A stretch of DNA of 52,626 bases. Source: Methanomicrobiales archaeon (GTDB lineage Archaea > Halobacteriota > Methanomicrobia > Methanomicrobiales > JACTUA01). Below are positions 38,442 to 48,443 of this stretch, one piece after another; the first letter of the stretch is position 1, and the number at the start of each line of letters is the position of its first letter. The stretch is taken from positions 10,271 through 62,896 of the forward strand of contig JARYLJ010000006.1 in the NCBI GenBank assembly GCA_029907705.1. The letters run 5' to 3'. Below the pieces are notes generated by a model. It searched no databases. It saw only the letters and a program-made list of their open reading frames with translations, and was not told where the DNA came from. Position numbers and translations under genes: made by a program.

Positions 38442-39458
38442 TCAGATATATTTTTTCGAATGGATCAATTCTGCGTTGAGGACCGAGGCCCCTGCGGCCC
38501 CCCGGATCGTGTTGTGACCGAGTGCGATGAACCGGAGCCCCTCTCTTAGCCTTCCGACTGTCACGGTCATCCCCCTGCCGCGGTTCCTGTCGAGCCTCGG
38601 CTGCGGTCGATCGGGTTGCTCGAGCAGTTCGACCGATCTCTCGGGCTGAAGGGGGAGCCCGGAGAATGGCGCACGGTAGGATCTGAACGCCTCCGCGATC
38701 TCTTCGAGTGGAGCATGCACGTCCACCCATATGGAGAGGAGGTGGCCGTCGATCACCGGTACCCTGTGGCAGCTGGCGCTCACCTCGAAGGGGGCATCCA
38801 CGATGCGATCCCCGTCCAGACTGCCCATGATCTTCTTGCTCTCGCTCTCCATCTTCTCCTCCTCCTGCCCGATATACGGTATCACGTTGTCGTAAATGGC
38901 CATCGCGGGGACGCCCTCGAATCCGGCGCCGGATACCGCCTGCATGGTGGCGACACGGATATCAGAGAAACCGAATCGCTCCAGGGGGGCGAGTCCCATG
39001 CACATCATGATGGTGGAGCAGTTGGGATTGGTCACGATGAAACCATCGCGCCCCCGGTCCTTCTGCACATCGATCAGGGCCAGATGTTCCGGATTCACCT
39101 CCGGTATCACCAGCGGTACATCGGGTTCCATTCGGTGCGAGCGGGCATTGCTGCAGACGGCCACTCCCGCTTGTGAGACATCGCTCTCCACCTTCGTGGC
39201 GATCTCGGCGGGAAGGGCAGAGAAGACGAGATCGAGGTCTTTCACCGCACTTACGGTCGTGGGACTAATCTCGATCCTGCCTGCGCTGGCAGGAAAGGGG
39301 ACATCCAGCCTCCAGTTGACGACCTCACCGTATTTCCTGCCCGCGCTCCTCTCGGAGGCGGTCAGTACCTTGAGATCGAACCATGGATGATCTGCGAGCA
39401 GCTGAACGAATCGCTGTCCAACGGCGCCTGTAGCGCCGAGTACGCCGACATTGATCAT
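38442..39458 (-). CDS. asd: Aspartate-semialdehyde dehydrogenase
   Basis: N-terminal Rossmann motif [14 protein letters not shown] plus a catalytic Cys region. Start at MINVGVLG (39458), which avoids overlap with the ferredoxin gene. Confidence 0.85.
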   Translation of the reverse strand: MINVGVLGATGAVGQRFVQLLADHPWFDLKVLTASERSAGRKYGEVVNWRLDVPFPASAGRIEISPTTVSAVKDLDLVFSALPAEIATKVESDVSQAGVAVCSNARSHRMEPDVPLVIPEVNPEHLALIDVQKDRGRDGFIVTNPNCSTIMMCMGLAPLERFGFSDIRVATMQAVSGAGFEGVPAMAIYDNVIPYIGQEEEKMESESKKIMGSLDGDRIVDAPFEVSASCHRVPVIDGHLLSIWVDVHAPLEEIAEAFRSYRAPFSGLPLQPERSVELLEQPDRPQPRLDRNRGRGMTVTVGRLREGLRFIALGHNTIRGAAGASVLNAELIHSKKYI

Positions 39459-39504
39459 GTATGAAAAGAGTACTGAATCGCGGATATAATTAAAACGTTT
39501 GTTT

Positions 39505-39687
39505 TTATTCCATCGTGATCGCGGACGACGGACAGGCATTGAGGCATGCGGAGCATTCCACACAGCTCTTTTGGTCAATATTCTCCTTTCCATCGTTCAT
39601 CGAAATCGACCGGGAAGGACAGATGTCCACACAGGTCTCGCAACCGGCACAGCGCTCTTCGTTCACAACGGCCGCCATGAAATGCAT
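39505..39687 (-). CDS. 2x[4Fe-4S] ferredoxin
   Basis: Two CxxCxxCxxxCP motifs (CAGCETCVDICP and CVECSACLNACP) in 60 aa. Confidence 0.8.
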   Translation of the reverse strand: MHFMAAVVNEERCAGCETCVDICPSRSISMNDGKENIDQKSCVECSACLNACPSSAITME

Positions 39688-39743
39688 CTTCCATATTCTT
39701 CAAGAAAGGGAGTATAATATGTATCGATACTGTCAGGTTCTTC

Positions 39744-40511
39744 TTACTTCTTTGGAAGGCCCAGTACGTCCTCCATCGTGTAGATCCCCGGGGGTTTTCC
39801 TGTGATCCATTCAGTCGCTCTCAACGCACCCCTCGCGAATACGGCCCGATCATATGCCCTGTGCGATAGTTCGATGCATTCGAAATTTCCGGCGAAGAGC
39901 ACCGAATGCTCTCCGACGATATCCCCGCCTCTGATCACATGGATCCCTATCTCGTCCCCCCTCTCGGTCATCCCCTCGCGGCCGAAGATCTCTCTCCTAT
40001 CGCCCGTCTCCCTTTTGATGCGTTCGACGATCGTTTTGGCGGTACCGCTGGGCGCGTCCTTCTTGAATCTGTGGTGGGCCTCGATCACCTCAATATCGTA
40101 ACCTTTCAGCCTGGCCGCCGCCTCTCCGATCAGGGACCAAAATATATTCACCCCGACGCTGAAGTTGCTCGAGATGACGGCGGGCACCCGCCCCTGGATG
40201 GACTTCCGCATCTCCTCCCTCTGCGCCGGTGTGAAACCGGTCGTGCCCACCACCAGTGCGGCACCATGCTTCGCGCCGGTCTTCACGTTCTGCACGGCCG
40301 CTGCCGGCATGGTGAAGTCCACGAGCACATCAGGTTCGGTATCCTTCAGCAGCGTCTCTATTTCGGAGGCAGGAACCACCTTCGTACCAAAATATGTGCC
40401 TTCCCGCAGATCGATGCCCCCCACGATCCGGCAGGTGGAGGACTCGGAGAATACCTTTCCGATGGTACCCCCCATGCGCCCCAGAGCGCCGCAGACGACC
40501 ACTTTAATCAT
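39744..40511 (-). CDS. dapB: 4-hydroxy-tetrahydrodipicolinate reductase
   Basis: N-terminus MIKVVVCGALGRMGG and the DapB C-terminal region. Length 255 aa. Confidence 0.85.
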   Translation of the reverse strand: MIKVVVCGALGRMGGTIGKVFSESSTCRIVGGIDLREGTYFGTKVVPASEIETLLKDTEPDVLVDFTMPAAAVQNVKTGAKHGAALVVGTTGFTPAQREEMRKSIQGRVPAVISSNFSVGVNIFWSLIGEAAARLKGYDIEVIEAHHRFKKDAPSGTAKTIVERIKRETGDRREIFGREGMTERGDEIGIHVIRGGDIVGEHSVLFAGNFECIELSHRAYDRAVFARGALRATEWITGKPPGIYTMEDVLGLPKK

Positions 40512-41412
40512 AAGAGGCGAGCACCTTCTCGAGTTTCTTCGTCTTCTCCGCGTCCAGCTCGTCGAGCGGCAGACGTGGCGGACCGCCGGCCAGTCCCTTC
40601 AGCTCCATCGCCTTCTTCACCGTGATCGGATTCGTGTCGATGAACATTGCCCGAAAGAGTGGCGAGAGCGTGAAATGGAGGTCACGCGCCCTGTTGAACT
40701 GACCAGCCCGGAACTGCTCGTACATCGCAACCATGGGTGCGGGCAGCACATTCGCGGCGACAGAGATGACGCCCGCCCCTCCCAGCGCGAGTATGGGAAA
40801 CGTGATACCGTCATCCCCCGAGATGACCCTGAAGTCCTCGTCGCGGGTCTCCTCGATGATCCTGGATATCTGAACGATTCCTGCATCGCCGGAACCGCAG
40901 AACCCCTGGCTCGCCTCTTTTATCCCCACGATGTTCGGATGCTTCGCGAGCTCCACGACCACGTCCACGGCAAGATTCTGCCCCGTCCTTCCAGGCACGT
41001 TATACATCACCACAGGGATGTCGAGATCTGCAAGTTTCGTGTAATGCTTGATCAGACCGGAACGATTTGGTTTGTTATAATACGGGCTGATCACCAGCAC
41101 GCCATCTGCTCCGAGGTCCTTCGCTGCCTTCGTGAGGGTCACTGCCTCCGCTGTGTTGTTGGAGCCGGTACCGGCCAGCACCGGCACCTTCCCGTCCACC
41201 TCGTCAAGGGTCGTCTCAATCACCTTCTCATGCTCGTCGAAGGTGAGCGTGGCTGACTCCCCGGTGGAGCCGCAGGGCACCACACCATGTACTCCCTTTT
41301 CGAGCAGATACCTGATATTACGACGCAGTCCATCGTAATCAACATCCCGACTATCATTCCTCAGGAAGGGGGTGATGATCGCCGGATATACGCCTTCGAA
41401 CATATCTCTCAC
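40504..41412 (-). CDS. dapA: 4-hydroxy-tetrahydrodipicolinate synthase
   Basis: GVYPAIITPF, GVVPCGSTGE and a Schiff-base Lys region. Overlaps the dapB start by 8 nt. Confidence 0.85.
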   Translation of the reverse strand: MRDMFEGVYPAIITPFLRNDSRDVDYDGLRRNIRYLLEKGVHGVVPCGSTGESATLTFDEHEKVIETTLDEVDGKVPVLAGTGSNNTAEAVTLTKAAKDLGADGVLVISPYYNKPNRSGLIKHYTKLADLDIPVVMYNVPGRTGQNLAVDVVVELAKHPNIVGIKEASQGFCGSGDAGIVQISRIIEETRDEDFRVISGDDGITFPILALGGAGVISVAANVLPAPMVAMYEQFRAGQFNRARDLHFTLSPLFRAMFIDTNPITVKKAMELKGLAGGPPRLPLDELDAEKTKKLEKVLASYD

Positions 41413-41573
41413 TCTCTCCAGGCCCTCTCCCCTCGATGATTGCAGGGGATGAAAGGATCACATAGAGACCTAAGCACACAATGGATAAAATTGTTGTGTG
41501 CTGTCACCGCAACAGAGCATAATGCCCTGCCCACCTTATTATCGGAGAGTATTTCCCACCCACAGAAGTGATC

Positions 41574-42497
41574 TCATATCCCGGAATGAGGATCCGACGG
41601 GGCGGGAACAAGTCGGCCGCCACTCCATTCGAAGGCGAGATGCCTGTATCCGGTGGGATAGAATATCAGGCCATTTTGGCGGATGGGATCAGAGAATTCA
41701 ATCCTGTCACCCTCCCTGCTGACGACCGAGATATAGGAGAAGTAACGGTGCCGGGCCACTTCGGGAACCTTCCCGAACATCTCCACCTCATGGCGTGTAA
41801 TGCCCCTCCACTTCTCGTACACCCAGGTTCCATTCTCACCGCCCGGCAGAGAGAGGACCCTGACGAGGTAACGGTCGCCGGTATCCTGAATATTCAGCCA
41901 TCTGAACGGGTTGAACGTGGGGATCGAGATCCCATTCTCCCTGACGAGGATCATGGCCTTCAATCCTGCACTCAGCAGGATGAAGAGGATCGTCGTCAGA
42001 AGGTAATATCCCAGATATTCGCTCCATGCAGAACGGATGAATGAAGAGACTGCGTAGAAGAGGCTGAAGACCATGATCACCATGCTCGGCCCCGGAAATA
42101 TGCCGAGCGTGTATTTTGCATCTGTGTAGGGATAGAGCAATGGTATCCCGGGGTAGGCGAGCAGGTCGAGGGAGATGTGGAGCATGGCGCCTACCAGCAG
42201 AGATAAGAGTACGAGCGGCATCGAGGGATGCGGCGGCACAATATGCACCGGTGCGACGAATGCGATCACTGAGATGGCACAGCCGGCCAGAATGGTCACC
42301 GAGGCTGCACCGACGAGACTGTGCGTGAATCCCCCGTGAGAAAGAATATATAGCCTCGGATCATGGTCCGATAGCCCGCCAAAGAGGACATCTGCATCCG
42401 GAACCACGGACCCGATGACAAAGAAGGGTGCAAGCTCCGGAATACCGAGCAGGATGGAGAGGATCCAGGCAGAGATCCCGTGAGTGATGGAGTCCAC
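41574..42497 (-). CDS. Membrane-bound metal-dependent hydrolase (YdjM/DUF457-like)
   Basis: N-terminal MDSITHGISAWILS motif with His residues inside transmembrane helices. Confidence 0.55.
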   Translation of the reverse strand: MDSITHGISAWILSILLGIPELAPFFVIGSVVPDADVLFGGLSDHDPRLYILSHGGFTHSLVGAASVTILAGCAISVIAFVAPVHIVPPHPSMPLVLLSLLVGAMLHISLDLLAYPGIPLLYPYTDAKYTLGIFPGPSMVIMVFSLFYAVSSFIRSAWSEYLGYYLLTTILFILLSAGLKAMILVRENGISIPTFNPFRWLNIQDTGDRYLVRVLSLPGGENGTWVYEKWRGITRHEVEMFGKVPEVARHRYFSYISVVSREGDRIEFSDPIRQNGLIFYPTGYRHLAFEWSGGRLVPAPSDPHSGI

Positions 42498-42555
42498 AAA
42501 TAATTCTGGACCCGATCTTCAAAAATCAGATCGTTCATGACAGCGGGCGCCTCCT

Positions 42556-43398
42556 CTATGTGCCTTCCACCTCATCCTGTGTCTTTCTCCTCGCATCTTC
42601 CATATTCGATCTCGTGGAAACCGCAGAGGAGAGGCTGACCGTACCCATGACACCGCCGAGCGCCATCGTGTCCAGCACCGATGCGGGAACGAGGATGATG
42701 ACGGAGTTCTCCTTCGCCTTCAGCCCCTCGTAGAGCATATTCATCGCCCTCAGATGCATCGCCTCCGAATTTTTGTCATATATCGTCGCCGCCTCCCTGA
42801 ACTTGTCCGCAATCAACCGCTCCGATTCACCGAGTATCACGCGCGCCTGCCTCTCCCTCTCCGCCTGTGCCTGCATGGACATCGCATTCTGCAGCCCCTG
42901 CGGAATGACCACGTCCCGGATCTCGACGGAATCGACATGGACCCCCCACTGCTCGGTGCGGCTGGATATCACCTTCTTCAGCTCGACATCCAGTTTCTGC
43001 CTCCCCTCGAGGATCTCGGCCAGTTCGGACTTTCCGATCACCTCGCGCAGTGCGGTCTGCGAAGCCCAGCTGATCGCCTGGGAGTAGTTCACCACCTCGA
43101 GCGCCGCTCTCTCGGGATCCAGCACCTTCCAGAAGAGGACTGCATCCACATCCACAGGGACCGTATCCTTCGTGATCGTCTTCTCCGCCTTGAAATCGGT
43201 CGCGTTCACCCTGAGATCGATCCGATATGCGATCCGATCGAGAATGGGAATGATGAAGAACAGTCCCGGCCCGCGTATACCGATGAACCGCCCAAGCCTG
43301 AGCACGACCGCCCGTTCCCACTGGGGTACGATCTTGATCGACAGGGCGATCAGCAGGAGGAGTACGAGGAGCACAAACAGCATTATATACTCATACAT
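42556..43398 (-). CDS. SPFH/band-7 (stomatin-like) protein
   Basis: An N-terminal transmembrane helix followed by an SPFH domain (KIVPQWERAVVLRLGRF...). Confidence 0.85.
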   Translation of the reverse strand: MYEYIMLFVLLVLLLLIALSIKIVPQWERAVVLRLGRFIGIRGPGLFFIIPILDRIAYRIDLRVNATDFKAEKTITKDTVPVDVDAVLFWKVLDPERAALEVVNYSQAISWASQTALREVIGKSELAEILEGRQKLDVELKKVISSRTEQWGVHVDSVEIRDVVIPQGLQNAMSMQAQAERERQARVILGESERLIADKFREAATIYDKNSEAMHLRAMNMLYEGLKAKENSVIILVPASVLDTMALGGVMGTVSLSSAVSTRSNMEDARRKTQDEVEGT

Positions 43399-43480
43399 CG
43401 CCTTTCAACTCCGAATCATATGTAATACTCTTGCAGGGCCTATTTAAGGCCGGGTTTGTTCGCATCTTCTGTTCATTCCG

Positions 43481-44404
43481 TCACACTTCGATATGAAGCG
43501 CAGTCCTTATCAGCGCCCCGAGCACGAAGGATAACATCGCGATCCCCAGACTGATTCCAGCCATCTCGATGAACCTCCTTCCGAACAGGAGATCCCTGGT
43601 GACCGAAAGGTAAAAGTTGAATATGGCAATGACGGCGATCGAAACGAGGAGTGTCGTTCCGAGGCTGATGGTGTAAAGGTCGAAGACGAAGAAGGGGGAG
43701 ATGAGGAGTATCACGGTAAGTATGTAGGTGGAGCCGGTGTAGAGGGCGGCCTTTCCGGGTTCCCGCCCTCCTCCCTCCGCCCTCCTGGAGAGGTACTCGG
43801 ATGCGGCCATCGAGAGGGCAGCAGAGATACCGGTGATCAGACCGGCGAGTGCGATCAGCTTCGTCTCCTGAAGAGCGAAGGAGAGGCCGGCGAGCGTGCC
43901 GGTCAGCTCCACGAGGGCATCGTTCAGGCCCAGAACCACCGAACCCATGTATTTCAGCCGCTCCTCGTCGATCATCCCGACGAGTGCCCGTTCATGCGCC
44001 TCCTCCTCCCGGATCAGCGGTGCAAGTTCCGGGAACTGGGTCGAAACCTGCGCATACGTCTCCTTCGCATTCCCTTCGGACTTCTCCATCAGCTTGATCG
44101 CGAAGGTGAGCCCGAAGAGCCTGGAGAGGAGGAGGTACCAGAGCATCCTGAGCCGATCGGGAGCGACTTCTTCTCCTGTGTAACTCTTCAGTGCGGTATA
44201 ATGCCTCAGCTCCTCACCGGCGATCTTCAGGAGTACCGGAGCGTTCTTCCCATTCGAGTCGCGCTCTCCCAGACTCTTATAGATCATATGCTCCGTGATC
44301 TCCATCCTCTGGGCCTGGACGATCCTCATCTGATGCATCCCGGGCAGACTGGCGCCGTTCATGTGCGAGAGGTCATCTCCGATCCGTATAACGATGTCGT
44401 TCAA
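43481..44404 (-). CDS. MbfA-like membrane iron transporter: an N-terminal ferritin-like/erythrin domain plus a VIT1/CCC1 transmembrane domain
   Basis: An E..H di-iron motif (AGEELRHY, EEEAHERAL) followed by the VIT1 signature LNDALVELTGTLAGLSFA and transmembrane helices. Confidence 0.7.
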   Translation of the reverse strand: MNDIVIRIGDDLSHMNGASLPGMHQMRIVQAQRMEITEHMIYKSLGERDSNGKNAPVLLKIAGEELRHYTALKSYTGEEVAPDRLRMLWYLLLSRLFGLTFAIKLMEKSEGNAKETYAQVSTQFPELAPLIREEEAHERALVGMIDEERLKYMGSVVLGLNDALVELTGTLAGLSFALQETKLIALAGLITGISAALSMAASEYLSRRAEGGGREPGKAALYTGSTYILTVILLISPFFVFDLYTISLGTTLLVSIAVIAIFNFYLSVTRDLLFGRRFIEMAGISLGIAMLSFVLGALIRTALHIEV

Positions 44405-44931
44405 CCCGTATCGTTACCGGGGATTTCAGCATGGCCGCTCGATATATATCGTATTGCATCTCTGCATCGAATTGATCTGCGTGAATCCTGTCCTCCAGAA
44501 CGCTCCACGGGCTTAAATCCGGCGATACTCATTGCTCCTGCCTTCATGGGATCAACCGTCCTGCAGCGGCATGTCCACAAACGCCCGGTATATGCATCTC
44601 TTTCCCAACGCACTTTTAATATCATGGGGTTCAGGGGATGCCCCCTGCGGAACTCAGTATATTCAGGCGAGACCGCCATGAAGGCCTTCTCGCTACAGGA
44701 TATTCTGCCGGAAAGATCGGCATCCGAGCATCTGCTGGTCCTGTGAACGGCCGCGCCGAAGATCCTGACCAAAGAACCAGCTCTGCTAATCACTCGTGCA
44801 TTTTGTATATGGGTCCTTTCCTGACTGTTATTGCCGTGAATGGTCACCGAATGAACCTTCGTGAGCGAGGTTCGCGTCTGCCTCGAATCCAAAATGATTA
44901 TGAGATAATCACGGAGAGTATTGTGCGTATT

Positions 44932-45531
44932 ATGGGCGACCGCGAAGTTCAGGACATGATGCTCCTGATGGCATCGAAGATCCACAAGATCGCCGAGAGG
45001 ATGTCGGATGCAGAGGTGGACGGCCTGGTCAGCGAGATCAACTGCGCGAGGCGTGTCTTCGTGATGGGGGCAGGGAGGTCCGGTCTGGTGGCCAAGGCAT
45101 TCGCCATGAGGCTGATGCATCTCGGTCTGCAGTCGTTCGTGGTGGGTGAGACGATCACGCCTGCCCTCAGGCAGGGAGATCTGGTGGTCGTCTTCTCGGG
45201 CTCTGGCGAGACAAAGACGATCGCCGATCTGGCAGAGACCGCCAAAAACCTTGGTGCCAGAGTTGCACTCATCACCTACAAGAAGGATTCGAGGATCGGG
45301 CGCATCGCCGATCACGTGGTGATGATCCCCAGCCAGCGGGAGAAGATCGGGGAGGAGTCGCAGGAGTTCGAGGTGCGCCAGATGATGGGCGAGCATAAGT
45401 CGTTCGCCCCGCTGGGCACACTCTTTGAAACCGCCGCAATGGTCTTTGCCGATGCGATCATCTCGCGGCTGATGGATATCAGGGAGTGCAACATCGAGGA
45501 GCTCCGGGGCAGGCATGCGAATATCGAGTGA
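44932..45531 (+). CDS. phi: 6-phospho-3-hexuloisomerase (SIS domain)
   Basis: SIS motif VFVMGAGRSGLVAKAFAMRLMHLG...VVFSGSGETK. ATG verified at 44932. The long N-terminal extension in the track (from 44638) is not supported. Confidence 0.75.
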   Translation: MGDREVQDMMLLMASKIHKIAERMSDAEVDGLVSEINCARRVFVMGAGRSGLVAKAFAMRLMHLGLQSFVVGETITPALRQGDLVVVFSGSGETKTIADLAETAKNLGARVALITYKKDSRIGRIADHVVMIPSQREKIGEESQEFEVRQMMGEHKSFAPLGTLFETAAMVFADAIISRLMDIRECNIEELRGRHANIE

Positions 45532-45551
45532 GAGGAGCAACGGAGGGTGAC

Positions 45552-46649
45552 ATGTACGCGAAAAGGGTCAGTGCCATCGAGATCTCGGGCATAAGGAAGC
45601 TGTTCGAGGCGGCAGGAAAGGATTCGATCAACCTGGGCCTCGGGCAGCCGGATTTCGATACGCCCCCGCATATAAAAGAGGCGGCAATCGAAGCGATAAG
45701 GGAGGGAAAGACAGGTTATACCAGCAACGCGGGGATCGAGGAGTTGAGGGCGGCGATCTGTGAGAAGATGAGGAGGGAGAACCAGCTCTCCTATCAGCCT
45801 GACCAGGTGATCGTCACGGCAGGTGCGAGCGAAGCCCTCCACGTGGTGATGCAGGCGCTGGTGGAGAAAGGAGATCGGGTCGTTTTCTCTGATCCCGGGT
45901 TCGTCTCCTATCAGGCGCTGGCGATGATCGCCGAGGGGAGACCGGTGCCGATGCCGCTCGATCGAACCTTCCATATCGAACCCGAAAGAGCAAAGGAACT
46001 GATGGACGGTGCCCGTCTCTTCATTCTCAATTCACCCTCGAACCCCACGGGTGCGGTGGAGGAGGAGGAGACGATAAGGGCGGTGGTGGAGTACGGCGAG
46101 GATCGGGGGGTGACCGTCGTGACCGACGAGGTGTATGAACATTTCATATACGAGAAGAAGCATGCGAGTCCGGCGCGCTTCGGGGAGAACGTGATCACGA
46201 TCAATGCAGCGAGCAAGACCTATGCGATGACCGGCTGGCGAATCGGTTACCTCGCCGCCCAAAAGGAGGTGGTGGAGCAGTGTCTGAAGGTGCACCAGTA
46301 CTGTCAGGCATGCGCCACTTCGATATCGCAGTATGCGGCACTTGCTGCATATGCCGGGCCTCAGGATTCGGTGGGGGAGATGAGGGAGGAGTACCGTGCA
46401 AGGAGGGATCTCCTCTTCCACGGGTTGAGGGAACTAGGGTTCGAATTCCCCATCCCGGAGGGTGCTTTTTATGCCTTCGTCCCGCTCGGGCAGGAATTGA
46501 CCGGGAAGGTATTGAGGAAGGGTGTGGTGATCGTGCCGGGCAATGCATTCGGAAAGAATGCGCCGGAGCATGCCCGTATCAGTTATGCGGCATCGAGACA
46601 GAACCTGAAGCTCGCACTTGCGAGGATAAAAGAGGCAATGGGTGATTGA
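45552..46649 (+). CDS. Aspartate/aromatic aminotransferase (class I PLP-dependent)
   Basis: PLP-Lys block SKTYAMTGWRIGY. A GGAGGG Shine-Dalgarno-like sequence sits 8 nt upstream of the ATG at 45552. Confidence 0.85.
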   Translation: MYAKRVSAIEISGIRKLFEAAGKDSINLGLGQPDFDTPPHIKEAAIEAIREGKTGYTSNAGIEELRAAICEKMRRENQLSYQPDQVIVTAGASEALHVVMQALVEKGDRVVFSDPGFVSYQALAMIAEGRPVPMPLDRTFHIEPERAKELMDGARLFILNSPSNPTGAVEEEETIRAVVEYGEDRGVTVVTDEVYEHFIYEKKHASPARFGENVITINAASKTYAMTGWRIGYLAAQKEVVEQCLKVHQYCQACATSISQYAALAAYAGPQDSVGEMREEYRARRDLLFHGLRELGFEFPIPEGAFYAFVPLGQELTGKVLRKGVVIVPGNAFGKNAPEHARISYAASRQNLKLALARIKEAMGD

Positions 46650-47687
46650 ATGGTGAAAGAACTGCTTGAAAGATTGTCCAATGCACATGGCGTTTCGGGA
46701 AGAGAGGGGAGTGTATACGAACTGATCGAGAAGGAGCTCCGCCCGTATGTGGACCGCATTGAAAGAGACGCGATGGGAAATCTGATCGCCATCAGAAAGG
46801 GAGGGCCGTTCTCTTTCATGCTCGCCGCCCACATGGACGAGATCGGGATGATGGTGAAGTACGTGGACGAGAAGGGTTTCATCCGGTTCGTTCCGCTCGG
46901 CGGATGGTATGCACCCACGCTCTATAACCAGCGTGTCATCCTGCATGGTTCGAAGGGGTCGTTGTACGGGGTGATCGGAGGGAAACCCCCGCACGTGATG
47001 GACGAGGAGGAGCGGAAGAAGCCGGTGAAGATCGAGGAGATGTTCATCGATATCGGTGCGAAGGATCCTGCGGAAGCAAGGGAGATCGGGGTCGATGTGG
47101 GCACTCCGATCACGCTGGACCGATCCTGCTGCCGCCTGGCGGGAACGAAGGTGACCGGGAAGGCGTTCGATAACCGGGTAGGGGTCGCGGTTCTCATCTC
47201 CGTCATGCAGCGCCTGGACACGGAGCACACGGTGTATGCGGTGTGCACGGTGCAGGAGGAGGTGGGCCTCAAGGGGGCGAGAACGAGCGCATTTGCACTC
47301 GATCCTTCATGCGCGATTGCACTGGATGTGACGATCCCTGGCGACCATCCGGGCATCGAGAAGAAGCACTCCGCGATCGAGATGGGAAAGGGGCCCAGCA
47401 TCACCATCATCGACAGCGCAGGGAGGGGGCTCATCTCGGATCAGGGGATGATCGAATGGATGAGGCAGACGGCGGAGAATAACGGGATTCCGATCCAGCT
47501 GGAGGTCGGTTCGGGCGGTACGACCGACGCCACCGCTATCCACCTCACCAAATCAGGTATCCCGAGTATCACCGTGAGCATACCCTCCCGTTACATCCAC
47601 TCACCGGTGGAGGTGGTCGACCTGAATGATATGGAGCTGGCAGCAGAACTGCTCGCGAAGGCGTTGAGGAAGAGGCCGGTGTTCTGA
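46650..47687 (+). CDS. M42-family (TET/FrvX-like) aminopeptidase
   Basis: The N-terminus LLERLSNAHGVSGREG, with metal ligands in the HMDEIG and QEEVGLKGA blocks. Confidence 0.85.
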   Translation: MVKELLERLSNAHGVSGREGSVYELIEKELRPYVDRIERDAMGNLIAIRKGGPFSFMLAAHMDEIGMMVKYVDEKGFIRFVPLGGWYAPTLYNQRVILHGSKGSLYGVIGGKPPHVMDEEERKKPVKIEEMFIDIGAKDPAEAREIGVDVGTPITLDRSCCRLAGTKVTGKAFDNRVGVAVLISVMQRLDTEHTVYAVCTVQEEVGLKGARTSAFALDPSCAIALDVTIPGDHPGIEKKHSAIEMGKGPSITIIDSAGRGLISDQGMIEWMRQTAENNGIPIQLEVGSGGTTDATAIHLTKSGIPSITVSIPSRYIHSPVEVVDLNDMELAAELLAKALRKRPVF

Positions 47688-48443
47688 TCTCTTCTCTTTT
47701 ACCCTGAAAATGCACCAGTGCCATATCGGGCACCGCCGGCACAGATAGAGAGGTCGAAAATGCATATCAGCTTCCTCCATTCTCCATCATCCATCGGGTC
47801 CTGCAATCTTTTCCAATCTCTTCCTGACATTGTCATCATGAGTCCGAAAGAGCATATGTGGATACGCGCCCCGCCACCGCTCTCACGATGCCACGATTCG
47901 ATCCCCCGGTGCCGAATGCACGCATACTTCCCCTCAATCATGGGAAGACCGATAGGAGAGAGAACATCTCGGGCGGGAAGATCCCCGGCAGGTTCATCGC
48001 CATCGGATCAGGAGCGATAACCACCGGCTGGATAAGACGCGGTGTCCCTCATCGCATCCCGCGATATGGAGAGGGATCAGAGCATCGTAAAACAAAACAG
48101 AAGAAGGATACAGTGGAAGGAAACGCCGGGGAAACGGGAGCAGAGCGAAGCGAATCACCATTGAGCTTCCATCGATGTTTCGATAACACCCGCGATATGC
48201 CCTGTGCCAGCGAATGCAGTTGTGAATGGCGGAGTATGCCCTTTTTCTGAGTGGTCATCGAAATACGCATGCGCTCGTTATCGCAGACGAATATATGCGT
48301 CGCCTCATCGATCCAAAGGTTCTTCCGAGTTTTTTCCCTCGTTTTATGGACGGGATCGGTTCGTATGGCTGCAGAAAGACTTACGTCCTCTGCCCATCAG
48401 GTGGGCTGCGGATAAGAGGAGATCTTTTGATTCGAAAAATATT

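Noticed and set aside
44638-44931. An N-terminal 98-aa extension of the PHI ORF in the ORF track
   Set aside because: The extension has no SIS-domain similarity and is of low complexity. The conserved PHI N-terminus begins at the ATG at 44932, which was verified in the sequence.
46430-46450. tRNA-like T-loop strings (gggttcgaattcc at ~46436 and ggttcgaagg at ~37480)
   Set aside because: The first lies inside the aminotransferase CDS. Neither has a flanking acceptor or anticodon-stem complement that I could assemble by eye. No tRNA is claimed.
47688-48443. Small ORFs (47858..48250+, 48049..48270-) in the convergent gap between the M42 peptidase and the sensor kinase
   Set aside because: They have no recognisable domains and they overlap each other. 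The region is kept only as an unexplained noncoding gap.
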